A DNA stretch of 64,000 bases from Auanema rhodensis (lineage: Eukaryota > Animalia > Nematoda): contig OZ059896.1 in NCBI GenBank assembly GCA_964057225.1, positions 1,860,001-1,924,000 of the forward strand, given 5' to 3'. The notes under the pieces were generated by a model that did no database searches, was not told the origin of the DNA, and saw only the letters and a list, made by a program, of their open reading frames with translations. Below, one piece after another: positions 54,744 through 64,000 of this stretch. Position 1 is the first letter of the stretch; the number at the start of each line of letters is the position of its first letter. The position numbers and the translations under genes are program-made.

Positions 54744-57700
54744 ATATCAACTGATATAGGTTCACACTTATATCCTCGATTTTCACCCTGAAGATTTAAT
54801 TTTTTCGTTGAATAACATTGTCCATCGTCTTTGTCTTGAAAAAAGGAATCTAAAAACATCTACTTTTTGTGAAATTATTTTGAAATTTTTCGGGAAAATT
54901 TTTGTCAAAATGTTTTTGGAAGCATTGTTGAGTGTACATGGAAACTCAACATACACTAATGCATCATTTTTCAAACGATCATAACTAATTTTTGTATTGA
55001 GCGTTTCTCCATGTAGTATAGTGCATTCGATGCGGATTTTTAAGCTGCGTCGATCTGTGTTATCAGATTTGCGCTAGCTTGAAAATGCACCGAGATATCA
55101 ACTGATATAGGTTCACACTTATATCCTCGATTTTCACCCTGAAGATTTAATTTTTTCGTTGAATAACATTGTCCATCGTCTTTGTCTTGAAAAAAGGAAT
55201 CTAAAAACATCTACTTTTTGTGAAATTATTTCGAAATTTTTCGGGAAAATTTTTGTCAAAATGTTTTTGGAAGCATTGTTGAGTGTACATGGAAACTCAA
55301 CATACACTAATGCATCATTTTTCAAACGATCATAACTAATTTTTGTATTGAGCGTTTCTCCATGTAGTATAGTGCATTCGATGCGGATTTTTAAGCTGCG
55401 TCGATCTGTGTTATCAGATTTGCGCTAGCTTGAAAATGCACCGAGATATCAACTGATATAGGTTCACACTTATATCCTCGATTTTCACCGTGAAGAATTA
55501 ATTTTTTTGTTGAATAACAATGTCCATCGTCTTTGTCTTGAAAAAAGGAATCTAAAAACATCTACTTTTTGTGAAATTATTTTGAAATTTTTCGTGAAAA
55601 TTTTTGTCAAAATGTTTTTGGAAGCATTGTTGAGTGTACATGGAAACTCAACATACACTAATGCATCATTTTTCAAACGATCATAACTAATTTTTGTATT
55701 GAGCGTTTCTCCATGTAGTATAGTGCATTCGATGCGGATTTTTAAGCTGCGTCGATCTGTGTTATCAGATTTGCGCTAGCTTGAAAATGCACCGAGATAT
55801 CAACTGATATAGGTTCACACTTATATCCTCGATTTTCACCGTGAAGAATTAATTTTTTTGTTGAATAACAATGTCCATCGTCTTTGTCTTGAAAAAAGGA
55901 ATCTAAAAACATCTACTTTTTGTGAAATTATTTTGAAATTTTTCGGGAAAATTTTTGTCAAAATGTTTTTGGAAGCATTGTTGAGTGTACATGGAAACTC
56001 AACATACACTAATGCCTCATTTTTCAAACGATCATAACTAATTTTTGTATTGAGCGTTTCTCCATGTAGTATAGTGCATTCGATGCGGATTTTTAAGCTG
56101 CGTCGATCTGTGTTATCAGATTTGCGCTAGCTTGAAAATGCACCGAGATATCAACTGATATAGGTTCACACTTATATCCTCGATTTTCACCCTGAAGATT
56201 TAATTTTTTCGTTGAATAACATTGTCCATCGTCTTTGTCTTGAAAAAAGGAATCTAAAAACATCTACTTTTTGTGAAATTATTTTGAAATTTTTCGGGAA
56301 AATTTTTGTCAAAATGTTTTTGGAAGCATTGTTGAGTGTACATGGAAACTCAACATACACTAATGCATCATTTTTCAAACGATCATAACTAATTTTTGTA
56401 TTGAGCGTTTCTCCATGTAGTATAGTGCATTCGATGCGGATTTTTAAGCTGCGTCGATCTGTGTTATCAGATTTGCGCTAGCTTGAAAATGCACCGAGAT
56501 ATCAACTGATATAGGTTCACACTTATATCCTCGATTTTCACCCTGAAGATTTAATTTTTTCGTTGAATAACATTGTCCATCGTCTTTGTCTTGAAAAAAG
56601 GAATCTAAAAACATCTACTTTTTGTGAAATTATTTTGAAATTTTTCGGGAAAATTTTTGTCAAAATGTTTTTGGAAGCATTGTTGAGTGTACATGAAAAC
56701 TCAACATACACTAATGCATCATTTTTCAAACGATCATAACTAATTTTTGTATTGAGCGTTTCTCCATGTAGTATAGTGCATTCGATGCGGATTTTTAAGC
56801 TGCGTCGATCTGTGTTATCAGATTTGCGCTAGCTTGAAAATGCACCGAGATATCAACTGATATAGGTTCACACTTATATCCTCGATTTTCACCGTGAAGA
56901 ATTAATTTTTTTGTTGAATAACACTGTCCATCGTCTTTGTCTTGAAAAAAGGAATCTAAAAACATCTACTTTTTGTGAAATTATTTTGAAATTTTTCGGG
57001 AAAATTTTTGTCAAAATGTTTTTGGAAGCATTGTTGAGTGTACATGGAAACTCAACATACACTAATGCCTCATTTTTCAAACGATCATAACTAATTTTTG
57101 TATTGAGCGTTTCTCCATGTAGTATAGTGCATTCGATGCGGATTTTTAAGCTGCGTCGATCTGTGTTATCAGATTTGCGCTAGCTTGAAAATGCACCGAG
57201 ATATCAACTGATATAGGTTCACACTTATATCCTCGATTTTCACCCTGAAGATTTAATTTTTTCGTTGAATAACATTGTCCATCGTCTTTGTCTTGAAAAA
57301 AGGAATCTAAAAACATCTACTTTTTGTGAAATTATTTTGAAATTTTTCGGGAAAATTTTTGTCAAAATGTTTTTGGAAGCATTGTTGAGTGTACATGGAA
57401 ACTCAACATACACTAATGCATCATTTTTCAAACGATCATAACTAATTTTTGTATTGAGCGTTTCTCCATGTAGTATAGTGCATTCGATGCGGATTTTTAA
57501 GCTGCGTCGATCTGTGTTATCAGATTTGCGCTAGCTTGAAAATGCACCGAGATATCAACTGATATAGGTTCACACTTATATCCTCGATTTTCACCCTGAA
57601 GATTTAATTTTTTCGTTGAATAACATTGTCCATCGTCTTTGTCTTGAAAAAAGGAATCTAAAAACATCTACTTTTTGTGAAATTATTTTGAAATTTTTCG

Positions 57701-60700
57701 GGAAAATTTTTGTCAAAATGTTTTTGGAAGCATTGTTGAGTGTACATGAAAACTCAACATACACTAATGCATCATTTTTCAAACGATCATAACTAATTTT
57801 TGTATTGAGCGTTTCTCCATGTAGTATAGTGCATTCGATGCGGATTTTTAAGCTGCGTCGATCTGTGTTATCAGATTTGCGCTAGCTTAAAAATGCACCG
57901 AGATATCAACTGATATAAGTTCACACTTATATCCTCGATTTTCACCCTGAAGAATTAATTTTTTTGTTGAATAACAATGTCCATCGTCTTTGTCTTGAAA
58001 AAAGGAATCTAAAAACATCTACTTTTTGTGAAATTATTTTGAAATTTTTCGGGAAAATTTTTGTCAAAATGTTTTTGGAAGCATTGTTGAGTGTACATGG
58101 AAACTCAACATACACTAATGCATCATTTTTCAAACGATCATAACTAATTTTTGTATTGAGCGTTTCTCCATGTAGTATAGTGCATTCGATGCGGATTTTT
58201 AAGCTGCGTCGATCTGTGTTATCAGATTTGCGCTAGCTTGAAAATGCACCGAGATATCAACTGATATAGGTTCACACTTATATCCTCGATTTTCACCCTG
58301 AAGATTTAATTTTTTCGTTGAATAACATTGTCCATCGTCTTTGTCTTGAAAAAAGGAATCTAAAAACATCTACTTTTTGTGAAATTATTTTGAAATTTTT
58401 CGGGAAAATTTTTGTCAAAATGTTTTTGGAAGCATTGTTGAGTGTACATGGAAACTCAACATACACTAATGCATCATTTTTCAAACGATCATAACTAATT
58501 TTTGTATTGAGCGTTTCTCCATGTAGTATAGTGCATTCGATGCGGATTTTTAAGCTGCGTCGATCTGTGTTATCAGATTTGCGCTAGCTTGAAAATGCAC
58601 CGAGATATCAACTGATATAGGTTCACACTTATATCCTCGATTTTCACCCTGAAGATTTAATTTTTTCGTTGAATAACATTGTCCATCGTCTTTGTCTTGA
58701 AAAAAGGAATCTAAAAACATCTACTTTTTGTGAAATTATTTTGAAATTTTTCGGGAAAATTTTTGTCAAAATGTTTTTGGAAGCATTGTTGAGTGTACAT
58801 GGAAACTCAACATACACTAATGCATCATTTTTCAAACGATCATAACTAATTTTTGTATTGAGCGTTTCTCCATGTAGTATAGTGCATTCGATGCGGATTT
58901 TTAAGCTGCGTCGATCTGTGTTATCAGATTTGCGCTAGCTTGAAAATGCACCGAGATATCAACTGATATAGGTTCACACTTATATCCTCGATTTTCACCC
59001 TGAAGATTTAATTTTTTCGTTGAATAACATTGTCCATCGTCTTTGTCTTGAAAAAAGGAATCTAAAAACATCTACTTTTTGTGAAATTATTTTGAAATTT
59101 TTCGGGAAAATTTTTGTCAAAATGTTTTTGGAAGCATTGTTGAGTGTACATGAAAACTCAACATACACTAATGCATCATTTTTCAAACGATCATAACTAA
59201 TTTTTGTATTGAGCGTTTCTCCATGTAGTATAGTGCATTCGATGCGGATTTTTAAGCTGCGTCGATCTGTGTTATCAGATTTGCGCTAGCTTAAAAATGC
59301 ACCGAGATATCAACTGATATAAGTTCACACTTATATCCTCGATTTTCACCCTGAAGAATTAATTTTTTTGTTGAATAACAATGTCCATCGTCTTTGTCTT
59401 GAAAAAAGGAATCTAAAAACATCTACTTTTTGTGAAATTATTTTGAAATTTTTCGGGAAAATTTTTGTCAAAATGTTTTTGGAAGCATTGTTGAGTGTAC
59501 ATGGAAACTCAACATACACTAATGCATCATTTTTCAAACGATCATAACTAATTTTTGTATTGAGCGTTTCTCCATGTAGTATAGTGCATTCGATGCGGAT
59601 TTTTAAGCTGCGTCGATCTGTGTTATCAGATTTGCGCTAGCTTGAAAATGCACCGAGATATCAACTGATATAGGTTCACACTTATATCCTCGATTTTCAC
59701 CCTGAAGATTTAATTTTTTCGTTGAATAACATTGTCCATCGTCTTTGTCTTGAAAAAAGGAATCTAAAAACATCTACTTTTTGTGAAATTATTTTGAAAT
59801 TTTTCGGGAAAATTTTTGTCAAAATGTTTTTGGAAGCATTGTTGAGTGTACATGGAAACTCAACATACACTAATGCATCATTTTTCAAACGATCATAACT
59901 AATTTTTGTATTGAGCGTTTCTCCATGTAGTATAGTGCATTCGATGCGGATTTTTAAGCTGCGTCGATCTGTGTTATCAGATTTGCGCTAGCTTGAAAAT
60001 GCACCGAGATATCAACTGATATAGGTTCACACTTATATCCTCGATTTTCACCCTGAAGATTTAATTTTTTCGTTGAATAACATTGTCCATCGTCTTTGTC
60101 TTGAAAAAAGGAATCTAAAAACATCTACTTTTTGTGAAATTATTTCGAAATTTTTCGGGAAAATTTTTGTCAAAATGTTTTTGGAAGCATTGTTGAGTGT
60201 ACATGGAAACTCAACATACACTAATGCATCATTTTTCAAACGATCATAACTAATTTTTGTATTGAGCGTTTCTCCATGTAGTATAGTGCATTCGATGCGG
60301 ATTTTTAAGCTGCGTCGATCTGTGTTATCAGATTTGCGCTAGCTTGAAAATGCACCGAGATATCAACTGATATAGGTTCACACTTATATCCTCGATTTTC
60401 ACCCTGAAGATTTAATTTTTTCGTTGAATAACATTGTCCATCGTCTTTGTCTTGAAAAAAGGAATCTAAAAACATCTACTTTTTGTGAAATTATTTTGAA
60501 ATTTTTCGGGAAAATTTTTGTCAAAATGTTTTTGGAAGCATTGTTGAGTGTACATGGAAACTCAACATACACTAATGCATCATTTTTCAAACGATCATAA
60601 CTAATTTTTGTATTGAGCGTTTCTCCATGTAGTATAGTGCATTCGATGCGGATTTTTAAGCTGCGTCGATCTGTGTTATCAGATTTGCGCTAGCTTGAAA

Positions 60701-63700
60701 ATGCACCGAGATATCAACTGATATAGGTTCACACTTATATCCTCGATTTTCACCCTGAAGATTTAATTTTTTCGTTGAATAACATTGTCCATCGTCTTTG
60801 TCTTGAAAAAAGGAATCTAAAAACATCTACTTTTTGTGAAATTATTTCGAAATTTTTCGGGAAAATTTTTGTCAAAATGTTTTTGGAAGCATTGTTGAGT
60901 GTACATGGAAACTCAACATACACTAATGCATCATTTTTCAAACGATCATAACTAATTTTTGTATTGAGCGTTTCTCCATGTAGTATAGTGCATTCGATGC
61001 GGATTTTTAAGCTGCGTCGATCTGTGTTATCAGATTTGCGCTAGCTTGAAAATGCACCGAGATATCAACTGATATAGGTTCACACTTATATCCTCGATTT
61101 TCACCCTGAAGATTTAATTTTTTCGTTGAATAACATTGTCCATCGTCTTTGTCTTGAAAAAAGGAATCTAAAAACATCTACTTTTTGTGAAATTATTTTG
61201 AAATTTTTCGGGAAAATTTTTGTCAAAATGTTTTTGGAAGCATTGTTGAGTGTACATGAAAACTCAACATACACTAATGCATCATTTTTCAAACGATCAT
61301 AACTAATTTTTGTATTGAGCGTTTCTCCATGTAGTATAGTGCATTCGATGCGGATTTTTAAGCTGCGTCGATCTGTGTTATCAGATTTGCGCTAGCTTAA
61401 AAATGCACCGAGATATCAACTGATATAAGTTCACACTTATATCCTCGATTTTCACCCTGAAGAATTAATTTTTTTGTTGAATAACAATGTCCATCGTCTT
61501 TGTCTTGAAAAAAGGAATCTAAAAACATCTACTTTTTGTGAAATTATTTTGAAATTTTTCGGGAAAATTTTTGTCAAAATGTTTTTGGAAGCATTGTTGA
61601 GTGTACATGGAAACTCAACATACACTAATGCATCATTTTTCAAACGATCATAACTAATTTTTGTATTGAGCGTTTCTCCATGTAGTATAGTGCATTCGAT
61701 GCGGATTTTTAAGCTGCGTCGATCTGTGTTATCAGATTTGCGCTAGCTTGAAAATGCACCGAGATATCAACTGATATAGGTTCACACTTATATCCTCGAT
61801 TTTCACCCTGAAGATTTAATTTTTTCGTTGAATAACATTGTCCATCGTCTTTGTCTTGAAAAAAGGAATCTAAAAACATCTACTTTTTGTGAAATTATTT
61901 TGAAATTTTTCGGGAAAATTTTTGTCAAAATGTTTTTGGAAGCATTGTTGAGTGTACATGGAAACTCAACATACACTAATGCATCATTTTTCAAACGATC
62001 ATAACTAATTTTTGTATTGAGCGTTTCTCCATGTAGTATAGTGCATTCGATGCGGATTTTTAAGCTGCGTCGATCTGTGTTATCAGATTTGCGCTAGCTT
62101 GAAAATGCACCGAGATATCAACTGATATAGGTTCACACTTATATCCTCGATTTTCACCCTGAAGATTTAATTTTTTCGTTGAATAACATTGTCCATCGTC
62201 TTTGTCTTGAAAAAAGGAATCTAAAAACATCTACTTTTTGTGAAATTATTTCGAAATTTTTCGGGAAAATTTTTGTCAAAATGTTTTTGGAAGCATTGTT
62301 GAGTGTACATGGAAACTCAACATACACTAATGCATCATTTTTCAAACGATCATAACTAATTTTTGTATTGAGCGTTTCTCCATGTAGTATAGTGCATTCG
62401 ATGCGGATTTTTAAGCTGCGTCGATCTGTGTTATCAGATTTGCGCTAGCTTGAAAATGCACCGAGATATCAACTGATATAGGTTCACACTTATATCCTCG
62501 ATTTTCACCGTGAAGAATTAATTTTTTTGTTGAATAACAATGTCCATCGTCTTTGTCTTGAAAAAAGGAATCTAAAAACATCTACTTTTTGTGAAATTAT
62601 TTTGAAATTTTTCGTGAAAATTTTTGTCAAAATGTTTTTGGAAGCATTGTTGAGTGTACATGGAAACTCAACATACACTAATGCATCATTTTTCAAACGA
62701 TCATAACTAATTTTTGTATTGAGCGTTTCTCCATGTAGTATAGTGCATTCGATGCGGATTTTTAAGCTGCGTCGATCTGTGTTATCAGATTTGCGCTAGC
62801 TTGAAAATGCACCGAGATATCAACTGATATAGGTTCACACTTATATCCTCGATTTTCACCGTGAAGAATTAATTTTTTTGTTGAATAACAATGTCCATCG
62901 TCTTTGTCTTGAAAAAAGGAATCTAAAAACATCTACTTTTTGTGAAATTATTTTGAAATTTTTCGGGAAAATTTTTGTCAAAATGTTTTTGGAAGCATTG
63001 TTGAGTGTACATGGAAACTCAACATACACTAATGCCTCATTTTTCAAACGATCATAACTAATTTTTGTATTGAGCGTTTCTCCATGTAGTATAGTGCATT
63101 CAATGCGGATTTTTAAGCTGCGTCGATCTGTGTTATCAGATTTGCGCTAGCTTGAAAATGCACCGAGATATCAACTGATATAGGTTCACACTTATATCCT
63201 CGATTTTCACCCTGAAGATTTAATTTTTTCGTTGAATAACATTGTCCATCGTCTTTGTCTTGAAAAAAGGAATCTAAAAACATCTACTTTTTGTGAAATT
63301 ATTTTGAAATTTTTCGGGAAAATTTTTGTCAAAATGTTTTTGGAAGCATTGTTGAGTGTACATGGAAACTCAACATACACTAATGCATCATTTTTCAAAC
63401 GATCATAACTAATTTTTGTATTGAGCGTTTCTCCATGTAGTATAGTGCATTCGATGCGGATTTTTAAGCTGCGTCGATCTGTGTTATCAGATTTGCGCTA
63501 GCTTGAAAATGCACCGAGATATCAACTGATATAGGTTCACACTTATATCCTCGATTTTCACCCTGAAGATTTAATTTTTTCGTTGAATAACATTGTCCAT
63601 CGTCTTTGTCTTGAAAAAAGGAATCTAAAAACATCTACTTTTTGTGAAATTATTTTGAAATTTTTCGGGAAAATTTTTGTCAAAATGTTTTTGGAAGCAT

Positions 63701-63869
63701 TGTTGAGTGTACATGAAAACTCAACATACACTAATGCATCATTTTTCAAACGATCATAACTAATTTTTGTATTGAGCGTTTCTCCATGTAGTATAGTGCA
63801 TTCGATGCGGATTTTTAAGCTGCGTCGATCTGTGTTATCAGATTTGCGCTAGCTTAAAAATGCACCGAG
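54744..63869. repeat. 6-monomer block present twice at a 20-monomer offset (54744-56849 and 61764-63869)
   Basis: Rare AATGCCTC variant at 56016 and 63036 (offset 7020; also at 57069 via a local 3-mer duplication); flanking haplotype order matches. Confidence 0.8.
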
Positions 63870-64000
63870 ATATCAACTGATATAAGTTCACACTTATATC
63901 CTCGATTTTCACCCTGAAGAATTAATTTTTTTGTTGAATAACAATGTCCATCGTCTTTGTCTTGAAAAAAGGAATCTAAAAACATCTACTTTTTGTGAAA

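Larger units (their letters stand above)
1..64000. repeat. Tandem satellite DNA array, 351-bp monomer, 182 full copies + 131-bp partial, single orientation
   Basis: The unit starting ATATCAACTGATAT recurs at 1, 352, 703 ... 63870. ORF-track spacing is 351, with 701 or 1051 across 1-bp-shorter monomers (13 in total); (63909-40+13)/351 = 182. The array runs off both window ends. Confidence 0.99.

Noticed and set aside
1-64000. CRISPR array or repeat-spacer system
   Set aside because: There are no unique spacers; the full 351 bp is repeated and no cas or other genes are present.

Overview
The whole 64 kb window is one uninterrupted head-to-tail satellite DNA array. It holds 182 complete monomers plus a 131-bp partial one (starting at 63870). 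Of the complete monomers, 169 are 351 bp and 13 are 350 bp; GC is about 32% by hand count of monomer 1. I saw no unique sequence, insertion, inversion, credible protein-coding gene, structural RNA gene or CRISPR spacer. The repeated 63-aa and single 89-aa ORFs are incidental. The monomers are near-identical but carry diagnostic SNP haplotypes. These reveal nested local duplications (2-, 3-, 4-, 7-, 9- and 13-monomer units, plus copies displaced by 14, 20 and 24 monomers), a sharp subfamily boundary near 23.86 kb, chimeric monomers and a short conversion-like tract. The monomer is rich in dyad symmetry: a ~68-nt imperfect hairpin, a 9-bp stem, an 8-9-bp stem and a phased T/A-tract block. The two commonest SNPs in the stems switch A-U to G-U on a + strand RNA. 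An AT-rich, CpG-undepleted satellite of this size suggests (peri)centromeric or heterochromatic DNA of an invertebrate-like eukaryote. That is inference; I do not recognise the family.
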